A stretch of 63,309 nt of DNA, filler included, from Octopus bimaculoides (taxonomy: Eukaryota): NCBI RefSeq assembly GCF_001194135.2. It is 5 parts of 5 records of this genome, joined end to end, with 100 filler letters (N's around TTAATTAATTAA, not from the genome) between each part and the next. Parts side by side here need not be neighbours in the genome. Positions count along the whole stretch, not along the records: positions 1 to 18,378 come from NC_069004.1; positions 18,479 to 32,566 come from NC_068982.1; 3 more parts are not named here. One strand, 5' to 3'. The notes beneath the pieces are model-generated. The model was not told where the DNA came from. It saw nothing but the letters and a program-made list of their open reading frames with translations, and did no database searches. Below are positions 10,203-22,000 of the stretch, in pieces. A program made the translations under genes and the position numbers. Within the stretch, counting starts at the first letter, position 1, and each line of letters starts with the position of its first letter.

Positions 10203-10518
10203 AAATGGAAGGGGTGGAGTAGGTTAAATCCAGGCTACATATGTTTCTTAGGTAACAGGTCCTCAGAAGTAATGACTATTCAACGAGGGGCACTCTGCTA
10301 GTTACTCATCAGGCCAAAGATACCTTAATTTCAAATGATACCTCTAGCAAGTTAACTAGGGATTCCTTAGCAACAATGTAACTTTCATATAACTAAGGTA
10401 TCTTTGGCCTGAGGAGTAGGTGGCTGAGTACTCCTCATTGAATAATCATTACTTCTGAGGACCTGCTACATAAGAAACATATGTAGCCTGGATTTTACCT
10501 TTGCCACTCCCTCAATTT
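10203..10518. repeat. Foldback/MITE-like element with ~125-bp inverted arms
   Basis: aaatccaggctacatatgtttctta...ggccaaagatacctta pairs with taaggtatctttggcc...taagaaacatatgtagcctggattt. Confidence 0.85.
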
Positions 10519-10539
10519 GTATGTGTGTGTGTGTATATA

Positions 10540-10592
<53 letters not shown>

Positions 10593-10608
10593 TCTCCCTG
10601 ACTACCCT

Positions 10609-10925
10609 AGTGAAGGTGCATGGTTCAGTAGTAAAAGCATCGGGCATACAATCGTGAGGTTGTGAGTTCGATTCCTGAACAAGACATTTTATTTCATGTT
10701 GCTCCAGGCCACTCAGCTGTAGAAATGAATTGCAGCATCACTGGTGTGATGCTGTATCAGCCTTTGACTTTCCCTTGGACATCTGTGACACAGAGAAGGC
10801 AGGCTAATATGCATGGGCGACTGTTGGTCTTCCACAAACAACCTTGTCCAGATTTGTGCCTCGGAGAGTAACTTTCTGGGTGCAATCCCATAGTCGTTCA
10901 TGATCAAAGGGTGTCTTTACCCTTT
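10609..10925 (+). mobile_element. tRNA-derived SINE, family E; inverse partial copy at 24680-24905
   Basis: gtgaaggtgcatggttcagtagt head, gttcgattcc B-box, aagacattttatttcatgttgctccag...cagctgtagaaatg core, gtctttacccttt end. Confidence 0.75.
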
Positions 10926-11369
10926 TTTATTTACCCAAGCTACCCTATTGCCACCCAACACTTCCCCTAATTGTTATGCCATTACCTGCTCTTAACATCT
11001 TTAGGATGCTCCCTAATCTTTCCTTCATAGTTCACCACCACTGTTTCTCTCCTCCCCTCTTTTTCTATCCCTTCAACTGCCCACCCCTCCATCTCGGACA
11101 CTTACATGGCACTCACACTTTACTCATTCTCCTCTTCCCACCTTTCTGGCACTCCCCACCATCTCTTTCAACTCCCTCACCGTCTGACTCCTTCTCCACC
11201 ACAGCTTCACTACCCCCTCAGCATCCCTTCCCATTTTCCTCCTTTGGCCTCCCTTCAGCAAAAACTCACACTGCTCTTTCCTTCAATGGCTCTCTCTCAG
11301 GAGTCCTCTCCACTCTAGGCTGTTAATCTCTTTCTGTACTCTTCCTCTGAGACCTTCTGTCCATACAAA

Positions 11370-11550
11370 TTTGCCAATAATCTTTGCATTGCCCAACAAT
11401 AGGCACAATACACATAAAGTAAAAGATACTTTAAATGGGTCAATAATAAAGCATACACACGCATATGATACCCTCTCCAGGAAGTGCAGACTACGTTTGG
11501 AGGAATCACTATGCATATTGTTAAGCAATGAAATGATTATTAACAATTAT
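11370..11550 (+). mobile_element. Possible Penelope-type GIY-YIG C-terminal remnant
   Basis: SIIKHTHAYDTLSRKCRLRLEESLCILLSNEMIINN resembles the R..ES..I....IN end of PLE endonucleases; weak. Confidence 0.3.
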
Positions 11551-11673
11551 ANNNNNNNNNNNNNNNNNNNNNNNNNNNNNNNNNNNNNNNNNNNNNNNNN
11601 NNNNNNNNNNNNNNNNNNNNNNNNNNNNNNNNNNNNNNNNNNNNNNNNNNNNNNNNNNNNNNNNNNNNNNNNN

Positions 11674-11975
11674 GGCAAATGTCTTCTACTATAGCCTCAG
11701 GCCAACCAAAGCCTTATGAGTGGATTTGGTAAACGGAAACTGAATGAAGACCGTCGTATATACATATATATATATAAATATATCTGTGTTTGTCCCCCAC
11801 ACCATCGCTTGACAACCGATGCTGGTGTGTTTATGTACCCGTAACTTAGTGGTTCGGCGAAAGAGACTGATAGAATAAGTACTACGCTTACAAAGAATAA
11901 GTCCTAGGGTCAATTTCTTTGACTAAAGGCAGTGATCCAGCATGGCCGCAGTCAAATGACTGAAACAAGTAAAAG
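11674..11975 (+). mobile_element. SINE family A, young copy (CpGs retained)
   Basis: ggcaaatgtcttctactatagcc...accatcgcttgacaaccgatgc...catggccgcagtcaaatgactgaaacaag. Confidence 0.85.
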
Positions 11976-12345
11976 GGTAATTATTCAGAAAGATTAATAA
12001 CATGCCAGCACAAGATCAAATGTACCTTTTTACAATATAATAGGGGCAATTAATTAATTATGGATTACCTAGCATAACAGCCAACCAATCAAATCTATCC
12101 TTCAGTGAAAACACCCTGGTATAACGTTAAGGATATGTACTATGGAGTTACTTTCTGGGCCTACTGTATTTTTTGAAGTGGATGGTATACCCATTGGTAT
12201 AGTGTCTGGAATGTATTTATGACTGTCGCAAAATACATTTTTCTGAATGAGGAACGGATCAGCCATGTATGTTGAGGAAATAGAATATATGCAAATCAGA
12301 TTGTAGAGCATAATTAAATGTTATAGATTGTTTATTCAGTTATTA

Positions 12346-12917
12346 GGTGTAGGCATGGCTGTATGATAAGAAGCTTGCTTCCCAACCACATGGTACTGGG
12401 TTCAGTCCCACTGGGTGGCACCTTGGGTAAGTGTCTTTTACTAAAGCCTTGGGCCAATGGAGGTCTTGTGAGTGGATGTGGTAGATGGAAACTGGAAGAA
12501 GCCCATCATATATATATATTGGCAAGGTTGCAAAAGCAATGAAAATTTTGGAAGAAAAATATATAAATAATAAATGAGTGGAAATCGAACCAATGAGTGT
12601 GTCAGATAATAAGGTATTAAAATAATATGACATAATTCACTTGAACACACAAATTCACATAAAGAATCTTGCAAACCAGACACAAAAACAAAGTATATAT
12701 ATGTGTGTGTGTGTATCATTGTGTTTGTTTGTCCCCCACCAATGCTTGACAACTAGTATCGATGTGCTTATGTCCCCGTAACCTAGTGGTTCAGCAAAAG
12801 AGACCAATAGAATAAGTACTAGGCTTTAAAAAATAAGTCCTGGGTTCGATTTGTTCAACTAAATCCCTTCAAGGTGGTGCTCCAGCATGGCCATAGTCAA
12901 ATGACTGAAACAAGTAA
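12346..12917 (+). mobile_element. SINE family A, head and tail with an expanded middle
   Basis: Head 12346-12505, tail 12720-12917. Confidence 0.8.
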
Positions 12918-13177
12918 TACTGACCATGCCATTATTGCTTGAATAAAATGTAAACTGTGTTATCGATATTCTTATACGGTGTTATTGATATCCATATTGT
13001 ATCTTACTGTAAGAAAACTCCCATGCATTTGTGCATATAACCACCACCCACATGAAGACCTTACTTTGTGTATATCCATGTATATTTCTCGGTGCAGGAG
13101 TGTATGTCAGTGTGTCTATGAGGCCATGTATGATTGTATGTCTCTATACATGTGCCTACATGAATATATAAATCATC

Positions 13178-13420
13178 AACATCATCATCGTTTAATGTCC
13201 GCTTTCCATGCTAGCATGGGTTGGACGATTTGACTGAGGACTGGTGGAACCCGAAGGCTACACCAGCTCCAATCTGATTTGGCAGAGTTTCTGCAGCTGG
13301 ATGCCCTTCCTAACGCCAACCACTCAGAGAGTGTAGTAGGTACTTTTACGTGTCACCGGGACGAAGGCCAGTCAGGCGATACTGGCAATGGCCATGCTCA
13401 AAATGGTGTATTTTATGTGC
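13178..13420 (-). mobile_element. RTE-associated 3' end (family C)
   Basis: Same tail as 5760 and 6368, plus one subrepeat. Confidence 0.75.
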
Positions 13421-14546
13421 CATACATAAATACATTAAGTGGTTACCCTGGGTAATGGAAGTCAAATTATATATCAACATGAAATGGCCACCACAGCCTG
13501 CTGGTTCTTGGGCATCTGTAAGATGGAAGTGAGGGGAGTGATTATCTTTTTGTATTTATCCATAAAACACCATAGTCCAGTTAGCAAATTCTAATTAACT
13601 GCTCAAATGTGCCACTGTATTTTTGTCTAGCCAGTCTCTGAAGATTGTCTCATCTTTCTATGACTTTATTTAATGATATATCTTTATGAAACTAAGAACA
13701 ATTCACTGTATACCTAACACAACAATTATTTTTCTAATTTTTTCATTCTTATACACCTTCTCCCCAAGTTCCATTCCGACTGATTGGTCATAAGTCAAAC
13801 TGGTCGCATGTCAGATTTATATTTTTCAACACAATTTTCATTCAAACACAACTGAGGCTTGAAAGTGACTGAGTGAGAGACTGGCAGGCAGTGCGATGCC
13901 TGGGTCTGAGGGAGGCATGTGTTGCCAGATGCTGCCATTGTTATCGTACACACAGCTGCCCAACATCTGAAAATTAATTTTTTATTTCTTTATTTTTTTG
14001 TGGTCGTAAGCTGCATAGATCATAAGTCAAGGAGAAGGTGTATATGTTTTATTTATGATTAACTATACATAGGTCCATTATCTATATAAAACATGAACTG
14101 TACCCATTCCACATCATTCCAAACCACAAAACCCTGTATGCAACAAGCTTCAGGCAATAAAATGTAGTGAAAATGAAATGAATCTGAGTTTATTTGAGTG
14201 AGGTACTTTTGAAAAGCCACCTGACAGGACACATTTGCACCGAAGGATGCATCGCAACCAGTTGTCCAGAATCTCATCCATCAGAGACCAATGCAAAGAT
14301 GGGTTGAAATGATTGTGACTAATAAAGAATTTTGTGAATTCCATTTTGTCTTTCTCTCGTTTGTTATATATGGGGAACAGCTTTTGCTTCAGACATTCAT
14401 TGAAAACAAGACTTCTAGTTTTACTTGGGTCTAAAGAGATTACATTTGTCAAAGAAAATCTGTCCAACCCATACCAGCAAAGAAAAATAGATGTAAAATG
14501 CTGATGACACTTATTAATAATGTAGCTTCAAAATTTTGATGATTAG

Positions 14547-14730
14547 ATTCTTTTATTCATTTACTTGTTTCAGTAATCAGAGTGTGGCCATGCTGGGGCA
14601 CTGCTTTGAAGAAATTTAGTTGAATTAATCGACCCTGGTACTTCTTATTTTTAAAACCTGGTACTTATTCTATTGGTCTCTTTTGGCAAACTGCTAAGTT
14701 ATGTGGACGTAAACACAAGAGACACACACA
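14547..14730 (-). mobile_element. SINE family A tail
   Basis: ttacttgtttcag...gccatgctggggcac...ggacgtaaacac. Confidence 0.75.
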
Positions 14731-14938
14731 GAAATATACATACATACATACATACACACACACGCACACACAAAATTAATATTAACACCAAGTTGCAATG
14801 CTTCACCAAAACGGAGAGTTATAATTGTCGCTAAATGTGACTAGGGTGTTAAAGAACACCTACATTGCTAGAAATAAGAGCTAAAATGCCCTAATGCTGT
14901 ATTTAATGCACATGCAAACAGATACACTAACAGGGACC

Positions 14939-14971
<33 letters not shown>

Positions 14972-14976
<5 letters not shown>

Positions 14977-16250
14977 AATGATGCAGTTTTTTTTATACCT
15001 CTTTTATTTTTCAAGATTAAGATAAACAAAGTTCTATTTTAATCTAAAATATACCCTCCTGCATTTTCTACAATGCCTTTCCATCTATCTGGTAGACTTG
15101 CAAGGCCTCTCTTCTAAAATTCACTTGTCCATGACAAAAAATACTCCTTCAATACTGTTCTGAGCTTGTCTTCAGAATTCATATTTTTTCTGTCCAAATG
15201 CTTTTGAAGACTGTGGAATAAATGATAATCAGATGGGGCAATGTCTGGCAAATATGGTGGGTGGGGCATCATTTCTCATTCAAACTGCTCCTGCCTTTGG
15301 AATGTCATTCTTGCTGTATGTGGTCGAGCATTATCCTGATGGAAGAACACCTTTCGTCTTGAAACCAAAGATGGTTCTTTTTCTTCTTGCGCTGACTTAA
15401 GTCACTCAAGCTGCTCGCAGTAGATCTCCTTTATCATTTAGTTTGGGTTTAAAAGTTCAAAGTGGACTAAACCTTTCATGTCCCACCAAACAGATAACAA
15501 CACCTTACACGGGTGAAGACCTTCTTTAGCTTAGGGTGCCAGTGTTTCTCCTTTCCCTACCCATTGTCTTTGGTGCTTGACATTTTTATAGAGAACCCAT
15601 TTCTCATCACCAGTCACTATTTGGTAAAAAAAAAAGGTTCATTCGTGAGACATGACAGCAAAGAAGAGCATATATTCACTCTCTGCATGCAATTAGATGT
15701 GGAAAATTTGTGAGAAACCCATTGACAGAATTTGTTCAGCTTTCAAATGGCACGCAGATGTCAATGAATGGTTGAATGACCAAATCCAAACTTCTCTGCT
15801 AGTTCCCCAACAGTTAAGATTGGATTTTGTTCCACCAGGGTTTGCAGGGCATCCTTGATGAGCTCTACAGATCTTCAAGGATGAGGCTCATCTTCTAGGC
15901 TGTAGTTTCCAGCTCAGAATGTCAGGAACCACCGTTGACACTGGATTATGCTTATTGTCCAATCCCCATATTCTACATTAATATTCCTCACACTTTGCAT
16001 TGCATTGTTGCCTTTATTGAACTCATAAAGAAAAATATGCCGCATATGCGCCTTTGTCACTTCCATTATAGCTTTGAAAAAATAACTGTTTAAATTGAAC
16101 TACGCTCTTCAAAACTTGCACTAAGAATAAGGACAAGGTAAAATTACTACCTGCTTTTATAGCAAGTTGATGCAGGTAGTTTATCCCATCCCCCTCCAGC
16201 TTTTAGTTCATACAATTGAAAAGACTGCATTATTTATGGGATGACCCAAT
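14972..16250 (-). mobile_element. Full-length degenerate mariner (Tc1/mariner, D,D34D-type) transposon; transposase pseudogene 16066->15039
   Basis: Minus strand: MEVTKAHMRHIFLYEFNKG..., WVSHKF (WVPHEL-like), IVTGDEKWVLY, VLLSVWWD, FHQDNARPH, HPPYLPDIAPSDYHLF, RWKGIVENAGGYILD*; many stops and frameshifts. TIR attgggtcatcccataaataatgcag at 16250-16225 with a partial partner at ~14975; length ~1.28 kb. Confidence 0.92.
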
Positions 16251-16267
16251 TTATATATACATATATA

Positions 16268-16420
16268 TATCATGGGCTTCTTCCAGTTTCTGCTGACCAA
16301 ATCCACTCACAAGGTTTTGGTCAACCTAAGGCTATAGTAAAAGACACTTGCCCAAGATGCCATGCAGTGGGACTGAACCCAGAACCATGTAGTTGGGAAG
16401 CAAGCTTCTTACCACAGGGC
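16268..16420 (-). mobile_element. SINE family A head
   Basis: gggcttcttccagtttc...gggactgaacccagaaccatgtagttgggaagcaagcttcttacc. Confidence 0.8.
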
Positions 16421-16814
16421 AGGTGTGAGAGGACAGATCTGGTCAGTTTGAACAAAATACCAGTAGGATATTTCAGCTGGATATGACCAGTTTAAATACT
16501 TAAGGGTTAAAATGTGTTCATAAACAGGTCAAAGAGATTCCAGTAGTGACCAACACAACTTTATGTAGTTTTTCTTTTTTTTTTCAGAGTGTATTTAGAA
16601 CTACATCATGCAAGTGAAATATAGAGGACAATTGACTGCTGTTTCTAGTTGGGTGAGTGAGACTAAAGATGCAGCATAGCTAGAAGTGGTTGTGGTGGTG
16701 TGTGGGGAGCTATAATACACTCTTAAAATATTGCTTTAGAATCTATTCCCTCTTCTTTTACTGCTTTGAGGATGTTTTACTGCTATTTCTAGCAGGTTGA
16801 GTGAGACTATAGAT

Positions 16815-17720
16815 CAGTGGTCCTTAACCAGGGCCCATATGACCCTTGGGCGTCCATATAAGATTTTGCTGTTAAAATTTACATGCGATAAATTGTTTAT
16901 CCTTTTACAATGCACAAAATAGTTTAACAATTATACTCTTACTTTCTCTTTTATTTGTTTCAGTCATTTGACTGCGGCCATGCTGGAGCACCGCCTTTAT
17001 AATTGACCAAATCGACCCCAGAGGTTATTTTTTGTAAGCCTAGTACTTATTCTAATTGGTCTCTTTTGCCGAACGGCTNNNNNNNNNNNNNNNNNNNNNN
17101 NNNNNNNNNNNNNNNNNNNNNNNNNNNNNNNNNNNNNNNNNNNNNNNNNNNNNNNNNNNNNNNNNNNNNNNNNNNNNNNNNNNNNNNNNNNNNNNNNNNN
17201 NNNNNNNNNNNNNNNNNNNNNNNNNNNNNNNNNNNNNNNNNNNNNNNNNNNNNNNNNNNNNNNNNNNNNNNNNNNNNNNNNNNNNNNNNNNNNNNNNNNN
17301 NNNNNNNNNNNNNNNNNNNNNNNNNNNNNNNNNNNNNNNNNNNNNNNNNNNNNNNNNNNNNNNNNNNNNNNNNNNNNNNNNNNNNNNNNNNNNNNNNNNN
17401 NNNNNNNNNNNNNNNNNNNNNNNNNNNNNNNNNNNNNNTACATATATGACGGGCTTATTCCAGTTTCTATCTACCAAATCCACTCGCAAGGCTTTGGTCA
17501 GCCCGAGGCTATAGTAGAAGACACTTGCCCAAGGTGCCACGCAGTGAGACTGAACCCGGGACCATGTGGTTGGTAAGCAAGCTACTTACCACACAGCCAC
17601 AAGTATGTATACAATTCCTAAGAAATAATTAATTCTAAAAATATAATAGGATGGCTATGGAGGTCCAGTAGAGTAAAATAGGAAACAAGAGGGCCACAGG
17701 CAAAAAATGGTTGAGAGCTG
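16815..17720. mobile_element. hAT-like MITE with a young family A SINE nested at ~16945-17600
   Basis: Termini cagtggtccttaacc / ggttgagagctg; the SINE interrupts the internal sequence; related to 47081-47327. Confidence 0.55.
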
Positions 17721-18333
17721 TAGATGATGGTGGTGGTGCTTGTGGAGTGAAGAATGATGCACTTTTAAAAAAATTGGTTTAAAATCTGTTTCCTTTTTCT
17801 GTTTTGCTTATGTTATTACCAATTACATTCACAGTCGGCAGTAACGTCATTAATTTTCTTTCCAGGAAGAATTAGTTTAAAAAAAAAACAAAAAAAAAAC
17901 AACAAAAAAAGCCCCAAATCAGGTCAACAATTATAATCACTTAAAATAAAAACAAGAATCAATTAACAAAAGCTCCCAAAAAATAAATACATAAATAAAT
18001 AAAAACATTGACCGAAAAAAAAAAAGAATGTTTCTTAAGAAGGAAATTACAATCAAGAAATGACATCAGATGTGACCAGGATGTAAATGGACATGGTTTA
18101 GAAGGATTGGCATGGAAGGACTCCCAGATGTCCAGCAGAGATAAAGAGTCTGGAATGGAATGTAGAGAATGGTAGGGTTGTGCTGTGAAGAGTGATGGAA
18201 TGGTGTCCTACCTCTCCTGACCTAGTGTCTTAGATTTTTAGATTTTGTTGCCAGTAGTTTTAGTAACAAACAGAGATTGCTTTCTCAAGTTCCTCCTCAC
18301 ACTATCCCTAGCTCACACCACTTTCAGAAGTTT

Positions 18334-18378
<45 letters not shown>

Positions 18379-18422
18379 NNNNNNNNNNNNNNNNNNNNNN
18401 NNNNNNNNNNNNNNNNNNNNNN

Positions 18423-18434
18423 TTAATTAATTAA
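18423..18434. other. Assembly linker TTAATTAATTAA inside N gaps (also 32611-32622, 48855-48866, 60443-60454)
   Basis: Identical 12-mer with stops in all six frames, always embedded in N runs. Confidence 0.9.
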
Positions 18435-18478
18435 NNNNNNNNNNNNNNNNNNNNNNNNNNNNNNNNNNNNNNNNNNNN

Positions 18479-18701
18479 CACGACGGAGGCGCTACTTGAC
18501 GGCATGGGGTTGCTTCTCCAGGTGCCGAGCCGCAAGCCCACTGACTTATCCCGGTTGATTTTCGCTCCCGTTACCGCTTCGTAGTCTCTCAGTGTCTCGC
18601 CGACAAGCTCGATGTGCTTTTGGCTAGACACTATGACGGTGACGTCGTCCGCGTATGCCGACACGCTCGTCCCGCATCCCAACTCTCGCGGGATGCCCCT
18701 C
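18479..18701 (-). mobile_element. L1/Tx1-type LINE reverse-transcriptase fragment, young
   Basis: RGIPRELGCGTSVSAYADDVTVIVSSQKHIELVGETLRDYEAVTGAKINRDKSVGLRLGTW: YADD motif plus the L1-clade G.KIN..KS motif; no stops; GC- and CpG-rich. Confidence 0.9.
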
Positions 18702-18742
<41 letters not shown>

Positions 18743-20003
18743 TATTGATAGATGTGAGGAGACGAGAGTCAAACATTATAAAAGGAAAATAATATCGCGT
18801 GTAGCTATCCACGTAGGAAAATTACAATTTATACTATATGGAATCTTTCCTGCTCGTATGACAGAATTTAGGAAATTATTTCAATATGTAAAATAATAAT
18901 GAAATGTGTGAATAGTGTGATTTTGTTCAAAATTTCAAAGTAATATTGTCATAATAGGATGCCAATATAATAGTTTGACATACAAATATAATTTAACGTA
19001 AATTAGATGCAATAAAGTAGGACCGGTTTCACAAAGTATCATAGCTTCAAACTTTGTAAAGATATATCTAAACGCACGAATAGTGTTTCGCAAAGGAATT
19101 AATATAAAAACAAACAAATTTTGTTTACATTAAGATAAATATAGTAAAACCAAAATTATTTTAATGCTGCGTTGAGTTTTTAGGCCAAACCCAATACTGT
19201 TCCCTTCTGGCGAGTTAATATATATGATTATTTTTATTAACATCAACAATTTCCGATATTTAATGCTTATGCAAGTCATCGACAAATATTCAGTAAAATG
19301 AAATTCTTTGAACGCAAATAAGAATGCTGTTTTTAGATAATTATAATGTTGCTTTTATAGATGCCACGATAGAATACAAATAATGGCTAAAGTATTATCA
19401 AATAACAACAGCATTTTGATAAGAATATCCCTGTGTCTATTTTAAGCAACTTTAATTCAAAAATATACAAGCAGTTCACATACATCCATGGAATATATGC
19501 TTTCAGGTAATTACAAATCAATATTCTAAATTTAAAAGAAAAGACAAGCTTGCAAACAATTCTCAATTGCTGATGTACGATCGAAATATTCTGTTCTAAT
19601 TTAAACTGAGGTAATGAGAGGATTTTAGCTGGCCTATGTACCTTTAAGATATATGAACCAAATTCTACTGAGACCAGCAAGTTATCATCTTAATATAAAG
19701 AAACGAAGTAATTTGAATAAATATCTGGGTTACAATAATGTACATATTCATTAGTCATACGTTCTGAACGATTTCAATTGAATGTCTAATCGCTAATGTT
19801 TTTTCCTCATCAGAGAACCCCTACCTTTAAACAAGATGTGTTCATACATGTTTTTATCCGTGAATTATAATTCAAGGATATAAAGGGGCTTCGAGACACC
19901 ACGGTGATTGGAAATCATTGTATATCTCCGATGAATCTAACTAACGCAGGAGCGCGTCTCTTGCTTCTAAAAATCAGCAAACATGTAATTTAATTCTTTT
20001 TTC

Positions 20004-20779
20004 TTGATGTCCGTAAAACAAATCATTTCCTGTGATGCATGCGGAACAGCGACAATCCAAGCAATAACCAATCTTTTCACTCTGAACGCGTTATTGCACG
20101 TTTGCCGATATTCCATAGAGTTCACAGGACCGTTAAACCGATCATACTGTGTAATAATGATTGACAGCTTTACTAAATGGCCAGAAATGTGTAAATGTAG
20201 AAATAAGACATCCGCAGTAACAGTGGAATTTCTCGACGAACTTATTGCTATGTATAGTGTCCCGGAAACTATAGTCTTCGTTAACGGCATACAATTCACG
20301 GCGAATGAATTTTAGAATTTTTTCAAGATGTACTCTTCAATTCACCCAAGACAAAACGGGCAAGCGGAAAGGTTCGTGATACATTTAAAAGAGCATTAAA
20401 GAAATCAAGAACGGAACTAGTTGATGATGCTACAATGACAAAATTATTGAGGGTTTATAGGATAACACCAAGCCCAAACACTTCTTCAGGCAAGTCGCCG
20501 GCGGAACTAATGTTTGCTCGAAAAAAGTAAATTTTTGACAAGCTGCTACCAGTAAGAAAAACAAATAGAGAAAGTACTAAACCTATAACAAAGCATTTTA
20601 ATATCGGTGACAAGGAAATATATAAAAATATATAAAAAGGAAAGACAAAGTTGAGAAGACGGAGTAGTAACAAAATGAATAGGCAAAGTGACATATGATA
20701 AGAGGTGGAAAATGGGGAAAGAAAAGACATTTAAACCAGCTAAAAAAAGATATACGGAAAAAAGAAACGAGATACCCAT
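20004..20779 (+). pseudogene. Ty3/Gypsy integrase remnant
   Basis: CDAC zinc-binding half; IEFTGPLNRSYCVIMIDSFTKWPE...YSVPETIVFVNGIQFTANEF; then HPRQNGQAERF..TFKRALKK...YRITPSPNTSSGKSPAELMF...RHLNQLKKRY; stops and frameshifts. Confidence 0.85.
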
Positions 20780-21130
20780 GGAAAAAACAACAGACTCAGC
20801 TGGACGTAAGCTGTGAATATATTAAATTTGTTCCCAACGAAAGTTTTAGATTGGAAAATGGTAATACAAAATGACATTTCGAGCGTTCAAAAACCACATT
20901 CTCTATCTCCATTTTCCGGTCAGTTATTTGGCCATGTAGCGACAAATGTACTTTTCTCTGAACTAAATGCTCCTTCCTTTTTCTTCTCTTCCCTGGACTT
21001 GTTCCTCGATCCGTCGAAGCGCCACGCGCGAAATATCATTTTGTACTATCATTTTCCCATGTAAAACTTTCGTTGGGAAACAGTTTAATATATTCAGTGC
21101 TAACATCCAGCTGAGTCTATTGTTTTTTCC
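20780..21130. repeat. Foldback/MITE-like element with ~105-bp inverted arms
   Basis: ggaaaaaacaacagactcagctgga...ttcccaacgaaagtttta...atttcgagcg pairs with cgcgcgaaat...taaaactttcgttgggaa...tccagctgagtctattgttttttcc. Confidence 0.85.
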
Positions 21131-21237
21131 TGGATTGTTTTATAGTTCTAGCATTTGCCTACATATACATATACAAATACACACATATACTCAGATACAT
21201 ACACACACATACACATACACACATACATACACACACA

Positions 21238-21330
21238 GGAGCTTTGGATGTAGGTTAGAAACCGGCTTTCTCCTCTATTAGCAAGAAATCTTGAAATAAA
21301 ACTGAATAATGATATGCATACATACATACA
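21238..21330 (+). mobile_element. 3' end of a retroposon with (CATA)n tail; second copy at 28345-28440
   Basis: ggttagaaacc...ctctattagcaagaaatcttgaaataaaactgaataatga is shared by both sites. Confidence 0.6.
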
Positions 21331-21946
21331 CACAAAGATACATACATACATACATACATACATACATACATACATACATACATACATACATACATACATA
21401 CTGTGACACCCGTCATAGTATTTCCCTTCCCATCGTCTGAATTATTTTACTAAAAAAATTAGGGCAATTATAATTTGTTATTTTCTATTCATACGATATT
21501 TATTGAGATTAATAACACTGATTGAATTTTCTTTTCTGTTTTTCTATTTGGAAATGTTTATTTTTTGCTTTTCATTTTTGCAATATTATTAGAATTCTAT
21601 ACGCCACTTCAAGGTCGTCTGTTTGCACATAGTGATAGTGGATTCTCATTAATTATATAATACCACCTTGCTCATTCTATTTCACAAGGATCATTAATTA
21701 TGTCACACACTTATCCGTTGTTTCAAAATTAGTTCGTCTTCAGTTATTTCATTTTGGTTTGATTGTGATTGGTAAATCTGTTTTGGAAAGATATTTTGCT
21801 TTAATGATTTAATTGCGTCAGTGATTAGACTTCGGTCAAACTGGGGCACCGCCTTAAACAATTTTACTAAGTAACTGCTAAATTACGTGGATGTAAACAC
21901 ATCAACACCGGTGATCAAGTAGTGGTCCAGTGCAAATAGACACACA

Positions 21947-22000
<54 letters not shown>

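Noticed and set aside
14059-14277. Superficial resemblance of the 72-aa ORF end to the GID4 C-terminus
   Set aside because: Only a few spaced residues match from memory; not supportable without a search.
18423-18434. Recurrent TTAATTAATTAA as a biological motif
   Set aside because: It is always embedded in N runs; an assembly linker.
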